Shown here in pieces: positions 38,014 to 48,063 of a stretch of DNA of 64,000 bases. The translations under genes and the position numbers were made by a program. The notes below the pieces were generated by a model. That model worked only from the letters and a program-made list of their open reading frames with translations, did no database searches and was not told the origin of the DNA. The DNA is taken from positions 800,001 to 864,000 of the forward strand of contig OY843768.1 of NCBI GenBank assembly GCA_963693095.2. Reading direction: 5' to 3'. The number at the start of each line of letters is the position of its first letter. Position 1 is the first letter of the stretch. The DNA comes from Cenarchaeum sp. Its GTDB lineage: Archaea > Thermoproteota > Nitrososphaeria > Nitrososphaerales > Nitrosopumilaceae.

Positions 38014-39171
38014 TCACATGAACTCGGCGATCGTCCTCTGCTGCAGCTCGCGCGCCGTGCTCCCGTGCGAGAGCCATTCGGCGGCACTCACGCTGGTCCG
38101 CGACGAGGCCAGGCTAATCGCCTCGTCCATCCCGTCCACGACTGTGTGCGGGGAGCGCATCGCCTCGCGCACGCCCTCGCGAACCTGCCACACGCCAACT
38201 GGCACAGAGTATTCTGGCCGTATCTCGCGCAGGACGAGCGCGCCGGCGTGTGCGCCGATGCGCACGAGGTGCTCGCTGACGGCGAGCCGCGCTGCGTGGT
38301 ACGCGCCGGCGATGGCCGGAGCGTGGTCAATTCCCGCATGGCCCTCAGAGTCTGACCCAAAGGCCATCGTGCCATCCTCCCTTGGCCACGCCTCGACCAT
38401 CTCGTACCTCCATGCGTGCGGATAGAGGATCACCGCATACATGTTTCCAAGCCTTTCAGAGGCAAACACGCGCCACGAGTCGAGCTCGGGCATCTCCATG
38501 GCCTCGCGCGACAGTGTGGACGATATAACAGAGTCGACTGCAGTTATGCCCCATCGCGTCGGGACTAGCCGGCGATGCTTGCCAAACATCCCAATGCTGA
38601 GGCACCTCTGTATTCTTGTAATGTCGACTCCTGCGCGGTAGAGCTCAAGTATCGCCGTGGCTGCCCCCATGTCCGTGTCCTCGTGCGCGCGCTCTAGTTT
38701 CCGAAGCGCAGGTGAGCCGGCAAACGACGCTGACCTTATCTCCCCAACTGGCCCGAACGGTGCCGCATGCTCGTCAGGCACTCCCGACGCGGCCGCAGGG
38801 CGCTCAAAGCTCAGCTCGGCATCAGTCGGCCGCGATGCCATGGCCACCTCCTGGAGTGATCGCACATACCGGCTCTCTGTCTCCTCTGCGCGCACCCTGC
38901 GCACACCGCGCACAAGGCGAAGGCGGAGTGACACAATGTCCCCTAGTGACATGTTGCCCCAGCGCTCCGGTGAGTCATAGATGCTCGTGTCACCGTGTGC
39001 GGCCGGAACAAGTGGCCCGACGCCAAGGCTCGGGTACATGTGCGATCCCACAAAGACTGACGGCGGGCTCGAGCCGTCCACCCCGTCGCGCCGCTGTGGC
39101 GATGACGCAGCAACGCGCTCGTTCCACTCCCTGGCAAGCGCCTCCCTCACGAGACGCGAGTCTGCGATCAC
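38014..39171 (-). CDS. Nre family DNA repair protein
   Basis: GSSPPSVFVG..YP, RRLVPTRW.ITAVD, GAYHAARLAV.E.L, PVGVWQVRE, C-terminal PIP-box QRTIAEF. Confidence 0.92.
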   Translation of the reverse strand: MIADSRLVREALAREWNERVAASSPQRRDGVDGSSPPSVFVGSHMYPSLGVGPLVPAAHGDTSIYDSPERWGNMSLGDIVSLRLRLVRGVRRVRAEETESRYVRSLQEVAMASRPTDAELSFERPAAASGVPDEHAAPFGPVGEIRSASFAGSPALRKLERAHEDTDMGAATAILELYRAGVDITRIQRCLSIGMFGKHRRLVPTRWGITAVDSVISSTLSREAMEMPELDSWRVFASERLGNMYAVILYPHAWRYEMVEAWPREDGTMAFGSDSEGHAGIDHAPAIAGAYHAARLAVSEHLVRIGAHAGALVLREIRPEYSVPVGVWQVREGVREAMRSPHTVVDGMDEAISLASSRTSVSAAEWLSHGSTARELQQRTIAEFM

Positions 39172-39375
39172 CGCACGCCAGTGGCCCCATCGGGTAATAA
39201 AGCAGGTGCGGGGCCGCGGGCCGCAAGCAAGGCCATCGCGCCCAGCCAAATCGCGCCCCGTTGCCAGCCCGATGCGCAATGCCGGCCCGCAGGCCGCCGA
39301 TCGCAAAACCCTGCGCCAACAGTCCCCGTGCGGCCTCCCAAGATTAAATAGAGAGGCAGCGCCGCAACTGCGTCA

Positions 39376-40494
39376 TTGAGGCAGCTTGTGGAGCAGGCCA
39401 GCTCTGACATTGGGGACATTCTCGAGTCGGCGATCGCCGGCGCGCGACCGTCGCGCGAGGACTGCCTCAGGCTCCTAGAGTCAGGCGAGACGGAGCTCAT
39501 GGGCCTTGTCGCAAACCACCTGGTCCGCAGGCGCTTTGGAAAGAGGGTCACATACGTCAACAATATCATACTAAACTACACCAACGTCTGCGTCACTGAC
39601 TGCAAGTTCTGCGCGTTCTATAGGCCGCCGGGCGATGACGAGGCATACACGCTCACGCTAGAGCAGATCAGGGCGCGCGTAAAGACGGCGTGGGAGGCGT
39701 TTGGCATAAGGCAGGTTCTCATACAGGGGGGCCACAACCCCAACCTGCCCATCGAGTACTATGAGGAGGCATTCTCAATGATGCGCGCAGAGTTCCCAAA
39801 GGTTGGCGTTCATGCGCTGTCTGCCTCGGAGGTAGACATGATTGCGCGGGTGTCAAGGTCATCCACGCGCGAGGTCCTCTCGAGGCTAAAGGACTCTGGC
39901 ATGCAGTCCATGCCCGGAGCCGGAGCCGAGATACTCACCGAGCGCGTGAGGGGCATAATCAGCCCAAAAAAGATAACGAGCGCAGAGTGGATTCGCATAA
40001 TGGAAGAGTGCCATGAGCTCGGAATGCCGGCCTCGGCGAGCATGATGTACGGCCACGTCGAGGAGCCCGCAGAGATCGCCGAGCACATTGAGCGCATAGC
40101 GAGGCTGCAGGAGAGGACACGCGGGTTCATGGCGTTCATACCGTGGAACTTTGAGCCAAACAACACGCAGCTAGCAGCGGAGGGAACCGTCACGCACGGC
40201 GCCGGAGGCGCACGGCTGCTAAAGATGATCGCCATATCGCGAATCATCTTTGACTCGATCATACCGCACCTCCAGTCGTCATGGCTCACAAACGGCGTCG
40301 GCATGGCGCAGCTTGCCCTAGAGTATGGCGCAGACGACTTTGGCGGCACGCTCATTGGCGAGGAGGTCGTCTCGTGCACGGGCGCGCGATCAACGGAGCT
40401 CAGCGGCGGGGCAATAGAGTCATCCGTGCGACAGATAGGCTACGAGCCCGTCGAGCGCGACAACTTTTACGCGCCAGTGGTTCCGAGCCCATAG
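39376..40494 (+). CDS. CofH/MqnC family radical SAM protein (probably cyclic dehypoxanthinyl futalosine synthase)
   Basis: NYTNVCVTDCKFCAF, QGG, MPGAGAEIL, GADDFGGT; adjacent to a UbiD gene. Confidence 0.88.
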   Translation: MRQLVEQASSDIGDILESAIAGARPSREDCLRLLESGETELMGLVANHLVRRRFGKRVTYVNNIILNYTNVCVTDCKFCAFYRPPGDDEAYTLTLEQIRARVKTAWEAFGIRQVLIQGGHNPNLPIEYYEEAFSMMRAEFPKVGVHALSASEVDMIARVSRSSTREVLSRLKDSGMQSMPGAGAEILTERVRGIISPKKITSAEWIRIMEECHELGMPASASMMYGHVEEPAEIAEHIERIARLQERTRGFMAFIPWNFEPNNTQLAAEGTVTHGAGGARLLKMIAISRIIFDSIIPHLQSSWLTNGVGMAQLALEYGADDFGGTLIGEEVVSCTGARSTELSGGAIESSVRQIGYEPVERDNFYAPVVPSP

Positions 40495-41921
40495 GCGGCC
40501 CATCTCGACTCGACGAGCGAGCGCGTCTTTTCGTCGACTGCAACCTGGACCTGCTCCTCGCGCATGTGCCCCTCCTCGCGCGTCTTTGTCGTCGCGTCGA
40601 TGCCCATCTTTGAGCCGTGGTTTGGGCGCGGGGAGGCCGGATCAAGCGTGTCAGTTGGCGCATTGTCCACGATGATCGTGTCGCGCGCGGGGTCTGCGCG
40701 CGCCGTGACTGCCCATATGACGTCGTTGATGTCATGGACGTCAATGTCATCATCAACCACAATGATGGTCTTTGTGAGGGAGAGCTGGCCCATGCCCCAG
40801 AGTCCCATCATGACCTTTTTGGCCTGGCCCGGATAGCGCTTTTTGATCGAGACTATGGCGAGCCCGTGAAACCATCCGGCCGGCGGCATCGCAAAGTCGG
40901 CTATCTCGGGTTGCATCATGCGCAGGAGCGGCAGGAACGAGCGCTCTATGGCCTTGCCAATGTAGGCGTCCTCGAGGACAGGCTTGCCGACGACAGTCGT
41001 GAGGTAGACGGGCCGCTTTCGGCGCATCATTCCGGTGATTGTGAATGTCGGATAGCGGCCAACTGGCGTGTAATAGCCCGTGTGGTCGCCAAATGGGCCC
41101 TCATCGCGCATGTCTGCAGAGTCGACATATCCCTCCAGGACGATCTCGGCGTTGGCCGGCACGTCAATGTCGACTGTCCGGCAGCGAACGGTGCGGATTC
41201 CGGACTTGCGCACAATTCCGGCAAAGAGGTACTTGTCAAGGCCTTCAGGCACGGGCGCGACTGCAGAAAAGACCGTCGCGGGATCCGCGCCAATGATCAC
41301 TGCGGCCTCTGTCCTCTGGCCGCGCGATGTGGCCTCCTCGTGGTGCTGCGCGCCGCGCTTGTGGCGTTGCCAGTGCATTATCGCGTGCGTGTCATCGACG
41401 ACCTGCAGCCGATAGACCCCGAGATTGTACGTGCCCGTGTCAGGGTGTTTTGTGGCTACGAGGCCAAACGTGACAAAGCGTCCCGCATCGTGTGGCCACG
41501 TCTTTAGGATCGGCAGGCCCGACAGAGAGCCCTCGCCGGTGACCTCGGTGACCGGACCGGACTTTACCCCCTTTGGAAACGCGTCTCCCATGCGCGAGAG
41601 CTCGGGAAGCTTTTTGATCTTGCCGAGCATGCCAGATGGCACCTCCATGCGCGCAAGGTCCGCAATGCGTGAGCCAATGCCCTCAAAGTCATCCGTGCCG
41701 AGTCCAATCTCCATGCGGCGCATCGAGCCAAACGCGTTGCCCAGAACCGGAATGTCGCCTCCGGCAACATTCTCAAAGAGCACTGCCGGTCCGTGCGCAT
41801 ACGTCACGCGCCGCAGTATCTCGGCAATCTCAAGGTCGGTGCTCACCTCGGCGCTAACGCGCCGCAGCTCGCCGGCGCGCTCAAGCGCGTCGACAAAGTC
41901 GCCCAGGCTGTCCATTGCCAC
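40467..41921 (-). CDS. UbiD family decarboxylase (menaquinone pathway)
   Basis: NLGVYR.Q, EGPFGDHTGYY, K.YPGQA, VVDDDIDV, DTLD. Confidence 0.93.
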   Translation of the reverse strand: MAMDSLGDFVDALERAGELRRVSAEVSTDLEIAEILRRVTYAHGPAVLFENVAGGDIPVLGNAFGSMRRMEIGLGTDDFEGIGSRIADLARMEVPSGMLGKIKKLPELSRMGDAFPKGVKSGPVTEVTGEGSLSGLPILKTWPHDAGRFVTFGLVATKHPDTGTYNLGVYRLQVVDDTHAIMHWQRHKRGAQHHEEATSRGQRTEAAVIIGADPATVFSAVAPVPEGLDKYLFAGIVRKSGIRTVRCRTVDIDVPANAEIVLEGYVDSADMRDEGPFGDHTGYYTPVGRYPTFTITGMMRRKRPVYLTTVVGKPVLEDAYIGKAIERSFLPLLRMMQPEIADFAMPPAGWFHGLAIVSIKKRYPGQAKKVMMGLWGMGQLSLTKTIIVVDDDIDVHDINDVIWAVTARADPARDTIIVDNAPTDTLDPASPRPNHGSKMGIDATTKTREEGHMREEQVQVAVDEKTRSLVESRWAAYGLGTTGA

Positions 41922-42018
41922 GCCGTGGCCACCGCACGCGTCGGTATAAGCCTAACGCGCGCACGCCCCGACCATGGCGCGTCTTGTATGTGCGCGAGGG
42001 GCGCAGGTGAGGGACCGC

Positions 42019-42420
42019 TCAGGACACCGGCGGGAGCTCGCTCTTTTTGCCGTGGCCGCCGGAGCCAAATCGACAGTAAAAGCACAGGTCTGACTGCATG
42101 TGCCCCAGCTTCACGACGTTGATCGCCCCGATCTTTAGCGCAATCTTTGTGAGCATGCGAAACTTGAAGGGCATCGACGGGATGACCTCGTTGAGGTAGA
42201 CGTCATGGTGGTCTGGGCAGAACTTTAGCGTGACTCGCTCGCCGCGCTCGCCAGACGAGTTGAGCATCTCGGTGTGGCGCATCTGCTCCCGAATGTACTC
42301 GTGCTTTGGGCAGGGGCAGTCCTTGCCGCCTGGATGCCGGTACGCCGGAGTGTTCTTCCAGTCAAACCCCGGATACTCGCGCTCAAAGTCGTCCACGCGA
42401 GAGCGGCCGCGCTTGCGCAC
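42019..42420 (-). CDS. Conserved hypothetical Cys/His-containing protein
   Basis: CPCPKH, FCPDH, CFYC; host-like codons. Confidence 0.75.
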   Translation of the reverse strand: MRKRGRSRVDDFEREYPGFDWKNTPAYRHPGGKDCPCPKHEYIREQMRHTEMLNSSGERGERVTLKFCPDHHDVYLNEVIPSMPFKFRMLTKIALKIGAINVVKLGHMQSDLCFYCRFGSGGHGKKSELPPVS

Positions 42421-42465
42421 ATAAAACTTGAGCTGGTCCGCGCAGGCGTGGCAGTCCGTGGATCG

Positions 42466-42936
42466 CTAGCGCTTGCGCCCTGCGGCAAACAGGCCCAGGA
42501 CGTGCTCGGCATGGCCGGCCGGCTTTACCTTTTGGAGAACGTCAAGTATCACCCCATCGGCGCCAACGAGGAACGTTGTCCTGTTTACCCCCATGTACTC
42601 GCGCCCCATGAACTTTTTCTTGCCCCACACGCCAAACATGCTGGCGACCTTGTGGCCAGTGTCAGCTAGGAGCGTGTATGGTATGCCCATCTTTGCGCAG
42701 AATTTCTTGTGCGATGTCTCGTCATCAGGGCTTATTCCCACGATGACGATGCCGGCTTTTTTGAATTTTGCGTGCTCGCGCGTAAACTCGTCGGCCTGTG
42801 TCGTGCAGCCCGGCGTAAAGTCCTTTGGATAGAAATAGATCGCGCATTTCTTGCCCGCAAGGTCGGCTGACGAGAATGTGTTGCCGTCAGCATCGGTGAG
42901 CTCAAAGTCAGGCAGCGCGTCTCCGGTGGATATCAC
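42466..42936 (-). CDS. bcp: Peroxiredoxin BCP/PrxQ
   Basis: YFYPKDFTPGCTTQA, RTTF. Confidence 0.95.
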   Translation of the reverse strand: MISTGDALPDFELTDADGNTFSSADLAGKKCAIYFYPKDFTPGCTTQADEFTREHAKFKKAGIVIVGISPDDETSHKKFCAKMGIPYTLLADTGHKVASMFGVWGKKKFMGREYMGVNRTTFLVGADGVILDVLQKVKPAGHAEHVLGLFAAGRKR

Positions 42937-43669
42937 GTCACGCGCGGCTCCCCAGAGTCAGCTTATGTACCTTTGTGACGGGGCAGGATGCGCCAGGGCC
43001 AACTCGCGCAGGCGAGGTGGGCAAAGTCGGATTTGTTTTGGCGGGCCAATAGTGGCCGAGGGATGGCAGTGCGCCAGATGTCAAGACGATCATGCCGTGA
43101 ATGTGGTGTAAAGTGTCCACCTAGTGTTCGCAGACATTCCAGTGAGGCCATGGATTGGATCATGGATGTGGTAGTCATTGGTTGTGTCAGAGGTCAATGT
43201 CTAGCTTGCGCAAAAGCGCCTTTCCAGCCACAACGTTTTCCACTGTGATGTCCCAGCCAAACCTGTATGCAGTATCACGAATAGCCTCATCGGTTTTGGG
43301 CTTGGGGATATGGCAGCAGTCATGGTTTGTGGTCGCATAATGCACCTTGGCCGCATGGGAGAGCACAGTGGAGGTCAAGAATTCCAACTCTTTCTTGCAA
43401 TCGGCGATAATTCTCTCGATCATTTTAATTGCTGTTCCGGAGAGTAGTTGGTGAGTAGGTTTGGCATGCTTTCGACCATGGTCCGTAATGCCATATGCGT
43501 ACCTTGTGTGACGCCTATCCCGTAGTGGAACTTCGTACACGCATCCCATCGAGAGCAATTCTGACAGGGTCGCAGCAACGTCCACGCTGTATGGGCCAAA
43601 ATACTGTGGGCTATACTCTATTCGGTTGTTGGGCACCTTTAGGGTTATAAGGTAGATGATCATCTGAAG

Positions 43670-45184
43670 GTATGAGGTCAGCACCTAGACCGCACGCATG
43701 ACCTCCTCGACCACGCTCTTCCCCATGGCCCTCCACGTCAGGAAGCACGTCAGGAGGATAGACATGCGCCTGGCAGCCGGCGCGCCCCCCTTGAGCTGGC
43801 CGCTCACCTTGCGGCGCACGACCACGTCGCGCAGCTCCCTCTCGGCGGCGTTGTTCGTGGGCGCGACGCCGGCGTGCTCGCAGAACGCGAACATCTGCGG
43901 CGCGGCGCGGCGGAGCCTGGCCACGGCGCGCGCCAGCTCCACGCCCCCGCCGTCGTCGTGCCGGTCCAGCAGCGACGCCAGGGCGTCCTCCATCGCGCGC
44001 CGCAGCTCCGCGCACGGCGCGACGGCGGTGTCCCTGGCGGCGCGGTACAGCGAGAGGAGGTCGGCGTGCAGCCCGGGCAGCCCCCCGCCGTGCATCCTGG
44101 CGGCGTGCTCCACGGCGCGCAGCTCGTGCGCCCAGCACCGCTGGTGCATCCCGCCGGCGTCGAACCTGTTGTACGCCGGGTGCCCGTCGGTTATCGCCAC
44201 GCCTTCGTACCCTGGGAGTATCACGTCGAGCACCTGCGCGCCCCTGCTCTTGCTGAACTCCACCCCGACATGGCACTCGTGCTTCGCCGCCCACGTCCAG
44301 TGGCCCTCGCCGGAGCTTGGGAACCCCGTCTCGTCCACGTGCACGTGCGGCGCCCTCCTGATCTCCGCCCATATGCGCTCGGCCTCCGGCTCCAGCGCGT
44401 CGGCCACGTTGTCCCTTATGCGCAGCACGGTCGCCTTTGACATGGGGACCCCGTGCACTTCCAGCATCTCGGTGGCGATCTGCTCGACGGGCGTCCGAGC
44501 GCGCACGGACGACGCCACGGCGCCGACGAGCCTCCTGCCGTAGGACCCGCGGGCCGGCAGGCCGGAGTCCGCCCGCCGCGTCGCGCCGCAGTCCGCGCAC
44601 GTGGCCGACTCGACATAGTGCCGCGTCTCGACCGGCCGCGGGGGCGGGATCTCGATGATGTCGCGCACCGCCACCGTGACCTCCATGCGGCCGCCGCACT
44701 CGCACGGCCCGCGGCCAACGCGGTGCCGCTCCGTCTCGGTCGGCGCGTGCCGGCGCGACGTGCCGCGGTGGCCAGGCCTCCCGCCGGGCGTCCCGTGCGG
44801 CGGGAGCTCGCCGCGCTCCCTCGCGCGCCGCACCTCGCGCTTCCTCCTCTTGTGCTCCAGCGACGCCGACGACGGCGGCGTGTTGGAGTTCTGGTAGTAC
44901 GACAGCGTGCGCCTCATGGTGTCGTTCTCCGCCTCCAGCTCGGCGATCCTCTCGTCCCTCGACCTGACGGTGTCCTCCAGCCCGTGGACCTCCCCCTGCA
45001 GCTCCTTGACCTGCAGGCCCAGCGCCCTGGAGATCCCCTCGACGGCCCTGAGCCTGCCATTGAGCTGTGCCAGCGTGCTGTCCTGCTTCCCGCGACCCTT
45101 CACGCCCCGGCGCGCCCCCAGCGGTAAATGGATCGGTAGGATCGCGCCTATTTGACCAAATGGGCAGGGGTGCTGACCTCATAC
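43670..45184 (-). mobile_element. IS66 family insertion sequence (single-ORF, ISBst12-like), 1515 bp
   Basis: Perfect 16-bp TIR GTATGAGGTCAGCACC / GGTGCTGACCTCATAC; 8-bp TSD ATCTGAAG at 43662-43669 and 45185-45192. Confidence 0.96.
43685..45103 (-). CDS. IS66 family transposase
   Basis: N-terminal coiled coil, NS.TPPS, GGRPGH.G, C.CG..C..CG, HVDETG, TDG, QRCWAH, TNNAAERELR. Confidence 0.95.
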   Translation of the reverse strand: MKGRGKQDSTLAQLNGRLRAVEGISRALGLQVKELQGEVHGLEDTVRSRDERIAELEAENDTMRRTLSYYQNSNTPPSSASLEHKRRKREVRRARERGELPPHGTPGGRPGHRGTSRRHAPTETERHRVGRGPCECGGRMEVTVAVRDIIEIPPPRPVETRHYVESATCADCGATRRADSGLPARGSYGRRLVGAVASSVRARTPVEQIATEMLEVHGVPMSKATVLRIRDNVADALEPEAERIWAEIRRAPHVHVDETGFPSSGEGHWTWAAKHECHVGVEFSKSRGAQVLDVILPGYEGVAITDGHPAYNRFDAGGMHQRCWAHELRAVEHAARMHGGGLPGLHADLLSLYRAARDTAVAPCAELRRAMEDALASLLDRHDDGGGVELARAVARLRRAAPQMFAFCEHAGVAPTNNAAERELRDVVVRRKVSGQLKGGAPAARRMSILLTCFLTWRAMGKSVVEEVMRAV

Positions 45185-45488
45185 ATCTGAAGGGCAGTGC
45201 TTTCGTGGATCATTCCGTCATTGGAGATGAGCGCGAGCTCTATAGCATCATAGGCGTCAAGTGCTGTTATGTCCGTGGCCTGACTCACTGCGAACCCCCC
45301 ACGTCGCTGTCTAAATTAATGCTTGTGTGCGTCAAGTGTCAACCCACGATTAACGCAACATTGACAAGGTTTTATCCCCAGATGATCGCAGTGTGTGGGG
45401 TCGGCATGTTCTAGGCGCGTTGATGAAATTATCCGCCTCTCGAGACATCCCAATCAATCCATGAATGGGATCACGGGCATAACGGTGG

Positions 45489-46073
45489 TCACAGGTCAAA
45501 GTCGACAAGTTTTAACTTGCGCAAAAGTGCATGGCCTGCACGTATGTCATCCTCATCGAGGTTCCACCGTATGCCATATGCCACATCATGAATATCTCGC
45601 AGTGTTTGAAGTTTGGGCTTCTGACGCCTTTCTTGGTATTTGATGGAATAGTGAACCTTGGCGGCATGCGAAAGCTCGTTAAAGCGCAGCTTGCATTCAG
45701 ATTCACAAATGTTCACAATTTCCCGTATGGCATCAATCGTGCTTTTTGGGTGGCTACGAAATGCTATATCCGCAACCTCTTTGCCAAAGTCTGTCAAGAC
45801 GCATTTGTACGCCCTGTGGTCCCCTCGCGGGACGGGAATCTCATATGCGCATCCCGAAGAGCAGAAATCCGCAAGGTTGGCAGCCACCCTAGGGCTAAAT
45901 GGGCCATAGTAGTGTGGCACAAAGTCTATCTGGCTCCCGGGAACCTTTTGTGATGCAAAGTAGACCAGTTTGTGGAGCACTGTTCTTCCCGGAATTTCGT
46001 TGTTGTGCACGCTAAAGACGATGCTCATGGCATCGATGGCGTCAAGTACTGTCGTGTCCGTGGCCTGACTCAA
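45489..46073 (-). CDS. YwgA/Panacea(DUF4065, SocA-like) wHTH protein
   Basis: GRTVLHKLVYF...F.PHYYGPFS..V...L, Y...LTDFG; TATA TTAATTTA about 25 bp upstream. Confidence 0.78.
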   Translation of the reverse strand: MSQATDTTVLDAIDAMSIVFSVHNNEIPGRTVLHKLVYFASQKVPGSQIDFVPHYYGPFSPRVAANLADFCSSGCAYEIPVPRGDHRAYKCVLTDFGKEVADIAFRSHPKSTIDAIREIVNICESECKLRFNELSHAAKVHYSIKYQERRQKPKLQTLRDIHDVAYGIRWNLDEDDIRAGHALLRKLKLVDFDL

Positions 46074-46218
46074 TGCAAACCTCCCACGGCGCTGTCTAAA
46101 TTAAGGCTGGCGTGCGTCAAGTGTTAACCTGCGATCAACGCAACATTGACACGATCTTGCCCCCAGATGATCGCAGTTGTCGATGGCTTTATAAGCACTG
46201 GATCCGCCAATTTGACGC

Positions 46219-46929
46219 ATGAGCGGGCCGAGAGCATGGATCGCCGAGGCGATAGCGACGTACGCGCTAGTGTTCTTTGGATCGCTCTCAGTCGTCCTAG
46301 GCGTGGCCGTCTATGGCGGAGGGGAGATGACAAACGAGGGACTCTTGCTCATATCGGTCACACACGGCGGAATTATCGCGATCATGGTGTACGCTTTTGG
46401 GCACATATCAGGCGCGCACATCAACCCCGCAGTCACGATACCCATGGTCATCACGAGGCAGATCAGCGTTCGCGAGGGGATCGGCTATGTCGGTGCCCAG
46501 ATAGCCGGTGCCGTCATAGCATCAGCGACTATTGCTGCCATAATGCCAGACCTTGCAAAGACTGTGGCCTTTGCCGGCCACACCGGCCCTAGTGAGCTCA
46601 TCGGGAACAGCGTCGCCTCGGGATTCCTAGTCGAGGTCATACTGACGTTCTTTCTTGTCCTTGCCATATTCATGGGAATTGTCCACAAAAAGGCGCCTGC
46701 CGGATGGCACGGCTTTATCGTCGGCGGCATAATCACGATCATCCACCTAGTCGGCGTTCCCCTGACGGGCGCGTCGGTAAACCCCGCAAGGTCATTCGGA
46801 CCGGCCGTCTTTTCTGGCGTGTGGGAGTTTCACTGGATGTACTGGGTCGCGCCCATAGTCGGGGGAATCATCGCAGGTGTCCTCATGAACTATATCTATG
46901 TAAAGCGCGACGCGCCCGAGCAGTCCTAG
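46219..46929 (+). CDS. MIP family aquaporin
   Basis: ISGAHINPAVT and GASVNPARSFGPA. Confidence 0.96.
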   Translation: MSGPRAWIAEAIATYALVFFGSLSVVLGVAVYGGGEMTNEGLLLISVTHGGIIAIMVYAFGHISGAHINPAVTIPMVITRQISVREGIGYVGAQIAGAVIASATIAAIMPDLAKTVAFAGHTGPSELIGNSVASGFLVEVILTFFLVLAIFMGIVHKKAPAGWHGFIVGGIITIIHLVGVPLTGASVNPARSFGPAVFSGVWEFHWMYWVAPIVGGIIAGVLMNYIYVKRDAPEQS

Positions 46930-47576
46930 GCAGGCACCGAGTGCGGCAGGACGGTTCGTTTTCTTCCGGCCCTTTGGGCAATGCTCCTTGCAGACAGCAT
47001 GTCTCGCGTTCCACGCCGGTTGAGACGGCGCGTGCGCGGGCTGGTCCCGTGCTCATCGACGAGCTCTAGCTCAAATGACGAGCAGTACCGCAGGTTTAGC
47101 AGGTCGCATATCTTTTTCGTGACTGTCATGTTGCCGCTGCCAATCCTGACTGTCTTTTTGCGCGCCCCAAGGCCGACCATGAGGTCTATCATGTGCGACA
47201 CAAGCTCGTCAACGGACGTGTGAAACGACGTGCCAATCTCGCGCCCACAGTAAAAGATCGACAGGCCCGTGCGGCTGCCAGGATCAACGCCGAGCACAAG
47301 ATCATCCCCCAGTGGGCGATGGCCGAGCTTTTGCATGATCATCCCGCACAGCAGCACTGGGTGCGTCTCAGACGTCTCCTCGTGCAGCACCGGAACGTGC
47401 AGGCCCGCCGGAGTCTCGGCGCGCGTGGAGAGCACTAGATCCCCGCCGTATCCGGACATGCGAGACGGGGTGATCGAGTCAAAGCGGACACCAAGTTCGC
47501 GCAACGACCTCACAAACCTGTAATAGTGCCTGCCGTGTGCAGTGGCCACCGCTATTCTTGCGCCGCGCAGCAGCAT
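46926..47576 (-). CDS. Hypothetical protein with RNase H-like (RuvC/YqgF-like) domain
   Basis: LGVDPG.RTGL, RIGSG, VDE.GTS, D..SA..IA. Confidence 0.75.
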   Translation of the reverse strand: MLLRGARIAVATAHGRHYYRFVRSLRELGVRFDSITPSRMSGYGGDLVLSTRAETPAGLHVPVLHEETSETHPVLLCGMIMQKLGHRPLGDDLVLGVDPGSRTGLSIFYCGREIGTSFHTSVDELVSHMIDLMVGLGARKKTVRIGSGNMTVTKKICDLLNLRYCSSFELELVDEHGTSPRTRRLNRRGTRDMLSARSIAQRAGRKRTVLPHSVPA

Positions 47577-47604
47577 GCCGTCAGGGCCTGACGGAGCCGC
47601 GGCG

Positions 47605-47934
47605 CTATGACCTGAGTATCTCCGAGACGGCATAGTTGACAGCGTCGCCAAGGTTGGCGTCGATGCGCGACTGTATGTCGGCCAGGCGGGCATCGCCATC
47701 GCCCTTTATGCGCGCTGACTCGGACTCGGCGTCCTTTCGTGCCCCGTCGACTATGGACTTTGCCTCGGCAGTCGCCATCTCGCGCACGCGCGCCATCAGG
47801 GCATCAGACTCAGAAGAGGCCTTGGTGGCCAGTGACTTTTTCATGTCCGCGACGCGCCCGCCAAGCTCGTCAATTCCAGTCTCCACTGACTTGATCGAGT
47901 TCATCACGCCGCTTACCTGCGTCTGCGCCATCAT
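47605..47934 (-). CDS. Helical hypothetical protein resembling A/V-ATPase subunit H/G
   Basis: Coiled-coil pattern EA..IV..AR..AE.E; TTTATTTA upstream. Confidence 0.65.
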   Translation of the reverse strand: MMAQTQVSGVMNSIKSVETGIDELGGRVADMKKSLATKASSESDALMARVREMATAEAKSIVDGARKDAESESARIKGDGDARLADIQSRIDANLGDAVNYAVSEILRS

Positions 47935-48063
47935 CAGGCGCTGCCCAGGGCCGCATAAATAAACCGTATTGTGCAGGCGGCCACCTGGTGGCGCGCCCTG
48001 ACACGCGTCACAAGATCGGCGGCGCACGCCGCGTGCGTGATCGCACGGGGGTGCGTGAGTGGA

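Larger units (their letters stand above)
43187..45288 (-). pseudogene. YwgA/Panacea(DUF4065)-like gene disrupted by IS66 (paralog of 45489-46073)
   Basis: Removing 43670-45184 and one TSD copy restores a 579-bp in-frame ORF: MSQATDITALDAYDAIELALISNDGMIHESTALQMIIYL...YSPQYFGPYS. Confidence 0.88.

Noticed and set aside
43611-45182. 523-aa overlapping ORF in the IS
   Set aside because: Arg/Gly/Ala-rich alternative frame typical of very high-GC DNA, with no motifs.
46116-46180. Bona fide integron attC site
   Set aside because: RYYYAAC/GTTRRRY boxes and spacing fit poorly, the second copy is less paired, and there is no IntI. Kept only as an unexplained palindrome.
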